NCBI RefSeq assembly: GCF_003945235.1
Contig: NZ_RSDW01000001.1
Coordinates: 4,740,001 to 4,772,000 of the forward strand
Direction: 5' to 3'
Origin: Edaphobacter aggregans
GTDB lineage: Bacteria; Acidobacteriota; Terriglobia; Terriglobales; Acidobacteriaceae
DNA: 32,000 bases
Below are positions 1 through 9,481 of this stretch, piece after piece. Positions within the stretch are counted from its first letter, which is position 1; each line of letters starts with the position of its first letter. The translations under genes and the position numbers were made by a program. The notes under the pieces were generated by a model, which saw only the letters and a program-made list of their open reading frames with translations, did not search any database and had not been told where the DNA came from.

Positions 1-306
1 CAAAACCTGTCAACCAAAGGGCTCTTTATTTGCATTGGCGGGGTTCCGCAGACGGACTGGGCAGCACAGGTAGGAATTATGCGCGATGAAGCGGGGTACC
101 TGGTAACGGGCCCGGATATGTTGAAAGAAGGTCATCTTCCCGAATCCTGGCTGCTGGACCGACAACCTTACTATCTGGAAACGAATATCCCAGGCATGTT
201 TGCGGCCGGCGACGTGCGCCATGGAGCGGTAAAACGTTGCGCGTCGGCAGTGGGCGAGGGCGCCATGGCAGTGACTTTAGTGCTCCGCTATCTTGTGGAT
301 AGTTGA
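1..306 (+). CDS. FAD-dependent pyridine nucleotide-disulfide oxidoreductase (thioredoxin-reductase-like), C-terminal part; 5' end lies outside the window
   Basis: Frame 1 is open from the window edge (QNLSTKGLFICIGGVPQTDW...). The motif GMFAAGDVRHGAVKRCASAVGEGAMAV is the C-terminal FAD-binding GD motif of TrxR-type flavoproteins. Stop TGA at 304-306. Confidence 0.8.
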   Translation, partial: QNLSTKGLFICIGGVPQTDWAAQVGIMRDEAGYLVTGPDMLKEGHLPESWLLDRQPYYLETNIPGMFAAGDVRHGAVKRCASAVGEGAMAVTLVLRYLVDS

Positions 307-600
307 TAACTCGCGACGCAACACATTCATAACGTAGGAATTCGACGTGGCATCTCCTGTTCCTGATGTAGTTCATGTTTTGAGGCAATAGAGTCCACGG
401 TATTTCTGCTCTCTTCATTGATGCGCCCTTACGGGCATCCGGACATGCGGTTTTCCCTGCTTATCGAACTCAAGTACAGTTGCTGCTTATCTGCTGCCAA
501 TCGGAACGCATATCGTTGTGCCAGATGCTCGGCACAAAACTTGGCACCGGGTTGTTTCAAAGGGAACAGGAGTCTTAACATTTGCTAGGGTGGAGCAAGT

Positions 601-1392
601 ATGACCGCGTATCCGCAACATGAAGCCGACCGAGTCGATGGAGTCAACGGAGATCGCGCATCTGAACAGCAATCATCAATCAACGCCCAACTGCGAGCGA
701 CGGCTAATGTGATTCCTGCGCACGTGTGGTATGGCACGCCATCCAGTGCGCTGGTCTTCGTAAACTCACGAAGAGCCAATTACCTCGGACTACCGCCGGA
801 CCATCCGCTTCGTTTCGGAATCGACCCCGGTGGAGAGTGGGATTCCCACATTCCTTCGCTGCACCTAGAGGATCACGAAGTGGCACGCAGAGTCTGGTCC
901 ACCTGCTTTCGCACTGAGGTGGCCTTTCGAGTTCGTCATGTTGAGGGGTGGTACAGGTGTTTCCTAAGTCGAGCGGAACCCGTGCGGACCGCGAAGGGAA
1001 CCATGCTGTGTTGGATTGAGGTTAATTTCGACATTGAAGTACAGAAGCGGGCCGAGCAAGAGCATCGGGACCTCGTCGATATCATTCAGGCAATGGTATG
1101 GGTTGCGCTGCCTGATGGCTCCAATATTTACCTAAACCGCCGATACGTGGAGTACTTCGGAATGACGTCGACACAAACATCCGGGATAGGGTGGCCAGTG
1201 GCAGCCCATCCCGATGATCTTCAGAGACACGAAGGCGCGCGTCCGTTGCCAGCGGTTAACCTCGTGAAAGTGAGGTTCGTTTTCGCGGGGCGGATGACCA
1301 ATATCGATGGCATCTCGACCGCGGCCCGCCCCTTGCGAGATGAAGATGGAGATATCGTCAAAAGGAAAACGTGTGTGATGGTGTCTGGCTAG
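601..1392 (+). CDS. Stand-alone tandem-PAS domain protein with no output domain; possibly degenerate
   Basis: ATG 601 follows GGTGGAG. Two PAS-like units align by eye with the PAS units of the 14957-18310 protein (LHLEDHEVARRVW..., linker NFDIEVQKRAEQE, AAHPDDL..., RPLRDEDGDIVK). They carry gaps, and the second unit ends abruptly. Confidence 0.6.
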   Translation: MTAYPQHEADRVDGVNGDRASEQQSSINAQLRATANVIPAHVWYGTPSSALVFVNSRRANYLGLPPDHPLRFGIDPGGEWDSHIPSLHLEDHEVARRVWSTCFRTEVAFRVRHVEGWYRCFLSRAEPVRTAKGTMLCWIEVNFDIEVQKRAEQEHRDLVDIIQAMVWVALPDGSNIYLNRRYVEYFGMTSTQTSGIGWPVAAHPDDLQRHEGARPLPAVNLVKVRFVFAGRMTNIDGISTAARPLRDEDGDIVKRKTCVMVSG

Positions 1393-1495
1393 GTAAATGC
1401 CCAGTGCTCTAAGTCTCATCAAGAGGCTGGTCCCGAAAAGCATATTCTCAACTGAATGATCGACAAATTCACACTGACCGCAATTAGACGACGCT

Positions 1496-2533
1496 ATGCT
1501 TGAGAACCTCGGTCGATTGAAAGGCTATCTTCTCGCAGTCCTGGTATGTGCGATTGCACTGCCCATCGCTTGGGAACTGGATGCTCCCTCTTCCTGCTTC
1601 CTACTGGCGACAATGGTGACCAGTCTCTATGGAGGCCGCGGTCCGGGATACCTGACCGTCGTGGTTTCTTCTATTCTCTTCGATCTCCTTTTCCTGCTTC
1701 CCCGATTTCAACTTCTTCATTCCCACGAATCTTACCTGCGGTTGGCCATCTTTATCGCGGCGATGATTCTTGCGACCGAGTTGATCGCAGCCAAGCGCCG
1801 CTCCGAGGAGTCGCTGCGCCGGACGCAGACAAAACTCTCACAGGCTATGCAAGTAGCGGCCCTGTCGGAGTTCTCCGCCTCGGTTATTCATGAGATCAGC
1901 CAACCTCTGAGCGCGATGGTTGCGAATGGGCAAACATGCGTGCGCTGGCTTTCAACTAATCCTCCGAATATCGAGAATGCACCGGCAGCGGAACGTGTTG
2001 TGCGGGATGGTAGGGATGCCCGTGGAGTCATCCAGGGCCTACGGGCACTCTTCCGGAGATCGCCACCCCAGAAGGTACTAGTCGACTTAGGGCCGATCGT
2101 AAATGAAATTGTTTCTCTGATACGCGGAAGAGCCGAGAGTGAAAAGATAGCGGTGGAGGTTCAATTGCCAAGAGACCTTCCCGGGATCATTGGCGATCGC
2201 CTCCAGCTTCAACAGGTTCTAATGAATCTGTCCTTAAATGCAATGGACTCTATGCGGACCGTCACTGATCGACCGAAAACACTCGTGATCTCCATGAGAG
2301 AGCAGGATGGCATGGTTCTGACGGAAGTTCGAGATCAGGGAATCGGAATCTCAGATTTTGAGAAGGTCTTTGATGCTTTCTTCACCACTAAGGAAGACGG
2401 CATGGGCATGGGTCTTTCGATCTGCAAATCGATCATAGAAGCACATGAAGGACGTTTATGGGGATCGCCTGGACCGGTGGCTGGGACCGTCTTCAGCTTC
2501 GCGATTCCGCGCGCGATAGAGGGAGAGCAATGA
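1496..2533 (+). CDS. Sensor histidine kinase (multi-TM DUF4118-like N-terminus, HisKA, HATPase_c)
   Basis: Hydrophobic N-terminal ~100 aa. H-box SVIHEISQPLSAM. N box QVLMNLSLNAMDS. G boxes DQGIGI and GMGMGLSICKSI. Confidence 0.9.
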   Translation: MLENLGRLKGYLLAVLVCAIALPIAWELDAPSSCFLLATMVTSLYGGRGPGYLTVVVSSILFDLLFLLPRFQLLHSHESYLRLAIFIAAMILATELIAAKRRSEESLRRTQTKLSQAMQVAALSEFSASVIHEISQPLSAMVANGQTCVRWLSTNPPNIENAPAAERVVRDGRDARGVIQGLRALFRRSPPQKVLVDLGPIVNEIVSLIRGRAESEKIAVEVQLPRDLPGIIGDRLQLQQVLMNLSLNAMDSMRTVTDRPKTLVISMREQDGMVLTEVRDQGIGISDFEKVFDAFFTTKEDGMGMGLSICKSIIEAHEGRLWGSPGPVAGTVFSFAIPRAIEGEQ

Positions 2534-3147
2534 GCTCCGGTCGCCCGATCGTCTATGTACTGGACGATGACAGCCGAATCCGAGAGGCTTTGTCGGCGTT
2601 GTTGTCTTCCGCGGGCCATGAGGTCATTACGTTCAGCAACGCCGCGGAATATCTCGCCTTCAAAAGACCGGATGCTCCAGCTTGCTTGATTCTTGACCTT
2701 GACCTTCCAGGAATGAGCGGCCTCGAGTTGCAAACGAAGCTCGGTGATGTTGGCGGCCCTCCCATTGTTTTCCTTACCGGTCATGGGGACATCCCATCGA
2801 CCGTTAAGGCCATGAAGGCCGGCGCGACAGAATTCCTTTCGAAGCCGTTCGAGCCAGAAGAACTACTTCGCGCGATCGAAGCAGCGATTCGCCTAGACGG
2901 CGAGCTTCGTGTCAAGAAGGGGGAGCTCGACGCGATACAGAAACGATATTCGTTGCTCACACCGAGAGAGCGTGAGGTCCTTCCCTACGTTGTTTCGGGC
3001 TTGTTGAATAAAGAGACGGCGTGGGAGCTTGGGACAAGCGAGATCACCATTCGCATTCACAGAGGCCAAATCATGCGAAAGATGGCCGCGCAATCGCTCG
3101 CAGATCTAGTACGAATGGCTGGAAAACTCGGCATTCCAAAGAGCTAA
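2530..3147 (+). CDS. Response regulator, FixJ/NarL type (REC + LuxR-family HTH)
   Basis: ATG 2530 overlaps the kinase stop (ATGA at 2530-2533). REC motifs VYVLDDD, LILDLDLPGMSG, FLTGHGD, LSKPF. C-terminal HTH LTPREREVL...ETAWELGTSEITIRIHR. The longer ORF starting at 2458 was not used. Confidence 0.9.
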   Translation: MSSGRPIVYVLDDDSRIREALSALLSSAGHEVITFSNAAEYLAFKRPDAPACLILDLDLPGMSGLELQTKLGDVGGPPIVFLTGHGDIPSTVKAMKAGATEFLSKPFEPEELLRAIEAAIRLDGELRVKKGELDAIQKRYSLLTPREREVLPYVVSGLLNKETAWELGTSEITIRIHRGQIMRKMAAQSLADLVRMAGKLGIPKS

Positions 3148-3224
3148 CGTCTAATACAAAACGATAATTGGCAGCAGCAAATAGTTCTCCTACGATCGAA
3201 TTGTCAGTCGAAGGAGAACGTTCC

Positions 3225-3671
3225 GTGGCAGACAATCAGCAACCTCGCATCGTTGCAATAGTAGACGACGATGCACGGGTGCGAGAGTCGCTGAAGCACC
3301 TGCTCTATTCGGCTGGGATCGAGACGAGATTGTTCCGTTCGGCCGAAGAAGCGCTTCAGACGGGCGAACTCGGCTCGGTATGTTGCCTGATTACCGACAT
3401 CCGAATGCCTGGCATCGATGGGTGCGAGTTGCAGCGGCGAGTGGCGGCTACCCTTCCTGCGCTACCTGTCATCTTCGTGACGGCCCATCCTGACGACGAG
3501 ATTCGCGGCCATGCCCTTACTCAGGGCGCCTTCGCATTCCTTTACAAGCCAGTCGATGGAGAGGAGTTCCTTAGCACGGTGGATGCTGCGGTGAAGTGGC
3601 GCCGTGAGAGGGCATCGGTAAATTGCCCGACAAATCGCAACCAAGGAGGTTCAAGAGATGTGGATCGTTAG
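3225..3671 (+). CDS. Single-domain (REC-only, CheY-like) response regulator
   Basis: GTG 3225 lies 7 nt after AAGGAGA; a TTG-3168 start is possible but has no RBS. REC motifs IVAIVDDD, LITDIRMPGIDG, FVTAHPD, LYKPV. The last 14 nt overlap the next gene. Confidence 0.8.
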   Translation: MADNQQPRIVAIVDDDARVRESLKHLLYSAGIETRLFRSAEEALQTGELGSVCCLITDIRMPGIDGCELQRRVAATLPALPVIFVTAHPDDEIRGHALTQGAFAFLYKPVDGEEFLSTVDAAVKWRRERASVNCPTNRNQGGSRDVDR

Positions 3672-6600
3672 GCTCGCGCTCTCACGACCGTACACGTTTG
3701 TTGTTCTGGCACTGCTCCTCTTCTTGATCAGTCCAGTGATGATGATGCGGACACCTGTGGACATCTTTCCGTCCATCAACATCCCGGTGGTGAGCATCAT
3801 CTGGACGTTCAACGACCTCGCTCCTACCGAGATGGAGCAGCGCATCACGTCTATTTACGAAAGGGCCTTGACGACCACTGTCGGGAACATTGAACATATC
3901 GAGTCTCAGTCTCTAAACGGCGTCTCCGTCATCAAGATCTACCTGCAGCCGCAGGCGAACGTGGATGGAGCAATCGCCCAGGTTACGGCTGAGGCGCAAG
4001 CGACTCTCAAGCAACTGCCGTCCGGGATTACGCCTCCGCTCGTCATTCAGTACAGTGCGTCGACCGTTCCGATCCTGCAACTTGGTCTCAGCGGCAGAGG
4101 TCTCTCGGAACAGCAATTGAACGATCTTGGATCGAACTTCATCAGGCCACAACTGGCCACAGTTCCCGGGGCCGCTGTGCCATTGCCCTATGGAGGCAAG
4201 GTCCGCCAGATCATGGTGGATATCGATTCTTCCCGGCTTAAATCGGAAGGGCTCTCTCCCGTCGATGTCGTCAATGCTGTGAACGCGCAGAATGTCATCG
4301 TGCCATCGGGAACCGTCAAGATTGGAACGACGGAATACAACATCGGATTGAATGGCACCCCGGTCACGGTCGACCAACTGAATGGTCTGCCAATCAAAAC
4401 TGTAAACGGCGGATCCATCTTCATCCGCGATGTAGCAAATGTTCGCGACGGTTTCGCGGTTCAGCAGAATATTGTGCGTCAGGATGGGCAGCGAGGCGCG
4501 CTGTTGACGATCGAGAAGGCGGGTAGCGCTTCCACACTGGCTATCGTCGCCGGAATTCGCGCGGCTCTTCCTCGCATCGCAGCGACCCTTCCCAAAGAGC
4601 TTGTGATGCATCCACTCGCAGATCAATCGATCTTTGTAAAGGCGTCTTTGAACGGCGTGGTTCGAGAGGGACTCATCGCGGCGTGTCTGACGTCCATCAT
4701 GATTCTGGTCTTTATCGGAAGCTGGCGAAGCACCTTGATCATATGTGTGTCGATCCCGCTCTCGGTTCTTACATCGCTGCTCATCCTCAGCGCATTGGGA
4801 GAGAGCATCAACATCATGACCCTGGGCGGCCTGGCCCTTGCGGTAGGCGTTCTGGTTGACGATGCGACCGTTGAGATCGAGAATATGCAGCGCAATGTAG
4901 CCATGGGAAAGGACTTGCGTCAGGCAAGTCTCGACGGAGCCCAGGAGATCGCAGTTCCTGCATTTGTCTCGACGATCTGCATCAGCATTGTCTTTGTGCC
5001 GATGTTCTTCTTGTCCGGAGTGGCTCGCTACCTTTTTGTTCCTCTCGCTGAAGCAGTCGTATTTGCACTGCTCGCGTCCTATTTCTTTTCTCGGACGATT
5101 ATTCCGACGCTGGTGATGTTTCTGCTTCCGAAAGAAATTGAGCGGCACCGCCAAGCAGCAGCGGGACGTCCCCTCAGCCGTTTCGCTCGGCTCCACCAGC
5201 GCTTTGAACATGGCTTTGAAGCGCTTCGCGACAGATATCTCCAACTTCTGGATCAATGTCTGGAGCATAGAAAACTCTTTGTAGGTTGCTTCCTCGCGTT
5301 CTGCTTGTTGAGTCTAATGTTGATCCCGCTGCTCGGGAGAGACTTCTTTCCCTATGTGGATGCAGGCCAAATCCGCTTGCATGTACGAGCGAAGACAGGT
5401 ACCCGTATCGAGGAGACAGCTCGTCTCGTCGATCAGGTCGATCGCTACATCAGAACGCAGATTCCCCCTGATGAAACGGACGGCATACTCGACAACATCG
5501 GGCTGCCCACCAGTGGTATCAACCTCTCCTACAGCAACAGCGGCACAGTCGGAAATGCTGATGCCGAGGTGCTTGTCTCACTCAGCGCAAAACATCATCC
5601 CACTGCGGGGTATGTCGCACGGCTGCGAGAGAATTTGCCGAAGCAGTTTCCAGGGACTTCCTTCTTCTTTGAGCCCGCAGACATTGTAAGCCAGACACTC
5701 AACTTCGGTGTCCCGGCCCCGTTGGATATTCAAATTGTCGGCAACGACTTCGAAAGCAACTTCGCCGTCGCCTCCCAAATTACTGAGAAGATACGGGCCG
5801 TACCGGGAGCCGTCGATGTCCATATCCAGCAACTGGTAGATCAACCGCGGCTGCAATACGACATCGACAGGACACGCATTCAACAGGTTGGGTTGACGGA
5901 ACGGGATGTTGCGGACAACGTCCTGGTCTCGCTCAGTTCGAGCTTTCAGACAACTCCGAACTTTTGGCTGAACCCAAAGAACGGAGTCTCCTACAACATA
6001 GCGGTACAAACGCCGCAGTACAAGCTCGATTCGATTGATGCGGTTGGCAATATACCGGTGAATTCTCCTAGTGTTCCTGCCCCGCAACTGTTCGAAAACC
6101 TTTCGACGATGAACAGAATGTCTGAGCCGGCCGTGGTTAGCCACTACGACGTTCAACGGGTGGTCGACATCTATGGCAGCGTACAGGGTCGCGATCTTGG
6201 CGGTGTTGCGAATGACGTCCAGCGGATCGTTGCGGATGCATCGAAGAAACTGCCGAGAGGAAGCCGGATCGTGACTCGCGGGCAGGTTGCCACCATGAAG
6301 TCATCCTTTACCGGCCTCTTCTACGGACTCGCGTTCGCCATAGCTCTCGTCTATCTCCTTCTTGTCGTCAACTTCCAATCCTGGACAGAGGCTTTCATCA
6401 TCATCACCGCGCTGCCAGCGGCGCTGGCGGGCATCTGCTGGTTTCTCTTTCTTACGCACACAACGTTGAGCGTGCCCGCACTGATGGGAACCATCATGAG
6501 CATTGGCGTCGCCACTTCGAATAGCGTTCTTGTCATCACCTTTGCGAACGAACATTTCACGGAGAACAAGGACGCATTCAAGGCAGCTCTGGAAGCAGGA

Positions 6601-6834
6601 GCAACGCGTCTGCGTCCCGTCATCATGACTGCGATGGCGATGATCATTGGCATGATCCCAATGGCGCTTGGGCTCGGTGACGGTGGAGAGCAAAACGCTC
6701 CTCTCGGTCGCGCCGTAATCGGGGGCTTGCTATTTGCGACCATTTCTACTCTCTTTTTTGTTCCTATTGTCTTCGCCATGATTCGGCAGAATTCGAAATC
6801 TCCCAAAACAGATCCGGAGGCAGTCAATGTCTAA
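3658..6834 (+). CDS. Efflux RND transporter permease subunit (AcrB/HAE-type)
   Basis: 1058 aa. Typical RND N-terminus MWIVRLALSRPYTFVVLALLL...IPVVSI. Conserved TM4 region GGLALAVGVLVDDATVEIEN. Two large periplasmic loops and 12 hydrophobic segments. AAGGAGG lies 8 nt upstream of the ATG. Confidence 0.95.
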   Translation: MWIVRLALSRPYTFVVLALLLFLISPVMMMRTPVDIFPSINIPVVSIIWTFNDLAPTEMEQRITSIYERALTTTVGNIEHIESQSLNGVSVIKIYLQPQANVDGAIAQVTAEAQATLKQLPSGITPPLVIQYSASTVPILQLGLSGRGLSEQQLNDLGSNFIRPQLATVPGAAVPLPYGGKVRQIMVDIDSSRLKSEGLSPVDVVNAVNAQNVIVPSGTVKIGTTEYNIGLNGTPVTVDQLNGLPIKTVNGGSIFIRDVANVRDGFAVQQNIVRQDGQRGALLTIEKAGSASTLAIVAGIRAALPRIAATLPKELVMHPLADQSIFVKASLNGVVREGLIAACLTSIMILVFIGSWRSTLIICVSIPLSVLTSLLILSALGESINIMTLGGLALAVGVLVDDATVEIENMQRNVAMGKDLRQASLDGAQEIAVPAFVSTICISIVFVPMFFLSGVARYLFVPLAEAVVFALLASYFFSRTIIPTLVMFLLPKEIERHRQAAAGRPLSRFARLHQRFEHGFEALRDRYLQLLDQCLEHRKLFVGCFLAFCLLSLMLIPLLGRDFFPYVDAGQIRLHVRAKTGTRIEETARLVDQVDRYIRTQIPPDETDGILDNIGLPTSGINLSYSNSGTVGNADAEVLVSLSAKHHPTAGYVARLRENLPKQFPGTSFFFEPADIVSQTLNFGVPAPLDIQIVGNDFESNFAVASQITEKIRAVPGAVDVHIQQLVDQPRLQYDIDRTRIQQVGLTERDVADNVLVSLSSSFQTTPNFWLNPKNGVSYNIAVQTPQYKLDSIDAVGNIPVNSPSVPAPQLFENLSTMNRMSEPAVVSHYDVQRVVDIYGSVQGRDLGGVANDVQRIVADASKKLPRGSRIVTRGQVATMKSSFTGLFYGLAFAIALVYLLLVVNFQSWTEAFIIITALPAALAGICWFLFLTHTTLSVPALMGTIMSIGVATSNSVLVITFANEHFTENKDAFKAALEAGATRLRPVIMTAMAMIIGMIPMALGLGDGGEQNAPLGRAVIGGLLFATISTLFFVPIVFAMIRQNSKSPKTDPEAVNV

Positions 6835-8029
6835 TGAAGCCCTCGTAACACACCACAACACGCCGACCCTTCCTCCTTCACCTTCACACAGCAGAAGTGG
6901 AGTGCGACTCTTTCTTCTGGCCCCAGTTGTGCTTTGCCTGGTCGGCGCAGTTACGCTGTTTCTCCGCGCGCAGGAAAGCAAAAAGCTTGCGGTGACGACT
7001 CATACATTGCAGGCAGAGCCTGTCTCCGTGATTCACCCACAGAGTGGAGCGCCCAACAGCGATCTGGCATTGCCGGGCACGATAGAGGCTTATTCAGACT
7101 CGCCTATCTATGCGCGGACCAGCGGCTACGTCGCTCACTGGTATGCGGACATTGGAACGCATGTTCGTCAAGACCAGTTGCTCGCCGTCATCGAATCGCC
7201 CGAGGTTGATCAGGAGCTAAGTCAGGCGCGCGCCAGCCTCAGCCAGGTTCAGGCCAATCTCACTCTGGCCAGCATCACGGCAAAAAGGTATCAAGGGCTT
7301 ATTGGTACCAATGCCGTCTCCCAGCAGGATGTCGATCAGAACAACCAAAACCTGGAGGCACAGAAAGCGAACCTGCAAGCCGCGAATGCAAACGTAAGTC
7401 GGCTTCAACAGATGCAGGGATTCGAGCGCGTCGTTGCTCCATTTAATGGAATCATCACGCAGCGCAGGACCGACATCGGAGACCTCGTGAATGCCGGGAA
7501 CGGAGGAGCCACATTTGAACTCTTCCGAATCTCGAAGATCGATACAGTCAGGATATTTGTTCCTGTACCTGAATCCTATAGCGAACAGATTTCGAATGGC
7601 CTCAAGGCAACGCTCGAACTGACGGCGCTTCCCGGAAAGCAGTTTCAAGGCAGCGTCGTTCGTAGCAGCCATTCGATTGATTCCGCATCTCACACGCTGC
7701 TTACTGAAATTGACGTGCCGAACCCATCCGGACAATTGATGCCGGGAGCCTACGCTGAAGTGCATCTCCGAGCTTCCACGCCGATACCTTCATTGATCAT
7801 TCCGTCTGGAGCTGTCCTTTACCAGGCCGCTGGTCCCCAGGTCGCCATAGTAACGAACAAGAATGAGATCGCTCTCAAGAAGGTCGCGCTCGGACGCGAC
7901 TTCGGCAACACCGTCGAGATTACGAGCGGAATTTCCGAGAGTGATGCAGTCGTCGCAAGTCCACCGGACTACCTGGTCGATGGAATGCGCGTCGAGGTAC
8001 AGACCCAGAACTCCGGAGCACAGAATTGA
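6827..8029 (+). CDS. Efflux RND transporter periplasmic adaptor subunit (HlyD/AcrA-type MFP)
   Basis: ATG 6827 overlaps the RND stop by 8 nt. N-terminal membrane anchor LFLLAPVVLCLVGAVTLFL. Coiled-coil hairpin (ELSQARASLSQVQANL...NLEAQKANLQAANANVSRL). Beta-barrel-type C-terminus. Confidence 0.9.
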   Translation: MSNEALVTHHNTPTLPPSPSHSRSGVRLFLLAPVVLCLVGAVTLFLRAQESKKLAVTTHTLQAEPVSVIHPQSGAPNSDLALPGTIEAYSDSPIYARTSGYVAHWYADIGTHVRQDQLLAVIESPEVDQELSQARASLSQVQANLTLASITAKRYQGLIGTNAVSQQDVDQNNQNLEAQKANLQAANANVSRLQQMQGFERVVAPFNGIITQRRTDIGDLVNAGNGGATFELFRISKIDTVRIFVPVPESYSEQISNGLKATLELTALPGKQFQGSVVRSSHSIDSASHTLLTEIDVPNPSGQLMPGAYAEVHLRASTPIPSLIIPSGAVLYQAAGPQVAIVTNKNEIALKKVALGRDFGNTVEITSGISESDAVVASPPDYLVDGMRVEVQTQNSGAQN

Positions 8030-8039
8030 GGATGCCACG

Positions 8040-9470
8040 ATGAATACCAATCATCGCAATTTCGCTGTTTTCCTTCTTTGCGCTCTTCTTACCGGATGCA
8101 TGGTAGGACCCAACTATAAGAAGCCCGTCGTTCCAGTTCCTCCGGCATTTACAGGTGCATCCGTCACCAGCGCGAATAGCAATCGCCAGAATCCAATCGC
8201 ATACGCAGACTGGTGGAAGGTCTTCAACGACCGGCGTCTGAATGATCTGGAAGCACAAGCAGACGCCGCGAACCGCGACATCAAGATCGCCGTGGCGCAC
8301 CTCGATCAAGCTGCAGCTGTAACTAAAGCGACTCGCTCCCAACTGTTTCCAACTGTCGGCGCAGGTCTCTTTGCTTCTAGAACACGGGAAGCTCAGAATC
8401 GACCCAACAATGGAAATACGGCCGGTCACGCCGCAACTTACAACGATATTCAACTGCCCCTCTTCGCAAGCTACGAGATCGACGCATGGGGGCGTGTACG
8501 CCGATCGATCGAATCCTCCCGTGCGACGCAAGAGGCCACCGAGGCCGATCTGCGATTTGTGACTCTCTCGGTCGAGGCGAATGTCGCCGTGACTTATTAC
8601 CAAATGCGCGAGACCGATCAGGAACTCGCTATTCTTGACAGCACGATTGACACGCTGAAACAGAGTGTCACGCTGACGACGAACCTGTTTCAACATGGCC
8701 TGGGCAGCGAGCTCGAGGTAAAACAGGCGCAAACACTCCTCGACCAGACGATCTCGCAGGAGCAAGCTCTTGAGATCCAGCGCGCACAGCTCGAACATGG
8801 GCTGGCCGTATTGCTAGGGCGCACTGTGGAGGGTTTTTCTGTACCTAGATCTCCGAACGACGCTGTCCCACCACAGATTCCGATTGGACTGCCCGGGGAT
8901 TTGTTGGAACGCCGCCCCGATATTGTGGAAGCTGATCGAAACGTTGCCGCCGCAACCGCTCAGATCGGAGTGGCCAAGGCCGCATACTTCCCCCAACTCT
9001 CTCTTTCTGCCCTGGCGGGCTACGAAAGTACCAATGCAACCAGCCTGGTGAACTGGCAGAACACAATCGCCTCCCTAGGCGCCTCCGCCGCTGCACCGAT
9101 CTTTACAGGAGGCCGCCTAAAGGCCGGTGTGGAGCAGGCACAGGCGACATACAGGCAATCCCTGGCTCAATATGAGAAGGCAGTTCTCGTCTCGTATCAG
9201 GAGACCGAAGATCAACTCTCTGCTCTGCATTTTTTGGAAGAACAATCTCAATCGCAGGGCAGAGCCGTTGTGGAGGCAAAGGCGGCTGAAGATATCGCAC
9301 TGTCACGTTATAAAGGCGGACTCGTCAGTTATCTCGATGTGGTGTTTGCGGAGCAGACAGTGCTTGCGAACGAACGCACAGCGGCACAGATTGCCGGTGA
9401 GCGAATGGTTGCATCCGTTGTTCTGATCAAGACCCTTGGCGGAGGCTGGAATGGAACACCTACCCCTTAG
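8040..9470 (+). CDS. Efflux outer-membrane factor lipoprotein, NodT family
   Basis: ATG 8040 follows GAGGA. Lipoprotein signal with lipobox LLTGC, immediately followed by GPNYKKP (NodT-type signature). Two OEP/TolC-like repeats. Confidence 0.9.
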   Translation: MNTNHRNFAVFLLCALLTGCMVGPNYKKPVVPVPPAFTGASVTSANSNRQNPIAYADWWKVFNDRRLNDLEAQADAANRDIKIAVAHLDQAAAVTKATRSQLFPTVGAGLFASRTREAQNRPNNGNTAGHAATYNDIQLPLFASYEIDAWGRVRRSIESSRATQEATEADLRFVTLSVEANVAVTYYQMRETDQELAILDSTIDTLKQSVTLTTNLFQHGLGSELEVKQAQTLLDQTISQEQALEIQRAQLEHGLAVLLGRTVEGFSVPRSPNDAVPPQIPIGLPGDLLERRPDIVEADRNVAAATAQIGVAKAAYFPQLSLSALAGYESTNATSLVNWQNTIASLGASAAAPIFTGGRLKAGVEQAQATYRQSLAQYEKAVLVSYQETEDQLSALHFLEEQSQSQGRAVVEAKAAEDIALSRYKGGLVSYLDVVFAEQTVLANERTAAQIAGERMVASVVLIKTLGGGWNGTPTP

Positions 9471-9481
9471 ATCGACGAGGT

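Noticed and set aside
542-557. Sigma-54-like TGGCAC-CGGGT-TGTT upstream of the PAS gene.
   Set aside because: The -24 box is perfect, but the position 12 nt downstream of the GG reads TT instead of GC. The nearest TTG is one base too close and lacks the conserved C.
3913-5268. 451-aa minus-strand ORF antisense to the RND permease. Similar long antisense ORFs occur at 5578-6156, 7920-8798, 18841-19698, 26241-27528 and 31228-31911.
   Set aside because: Each lies entirely inside a strongly supported CDS on the other strand. The translations are R/G/D/H-rich with no domain-like motifs, and none has an RBS. This is the typical shadow-ORF artefact of GC-rich DNA.
7863-8039. Upstream extension of the OMF ORF (adds 59 aa overlapping the adaptor gene).
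   Set aside because: The extension is arginine/serine-rich and overlaps the adaptor CDS. ATG 8040 has an RBS and is followed immediately by a lipoprotein signal peptide.
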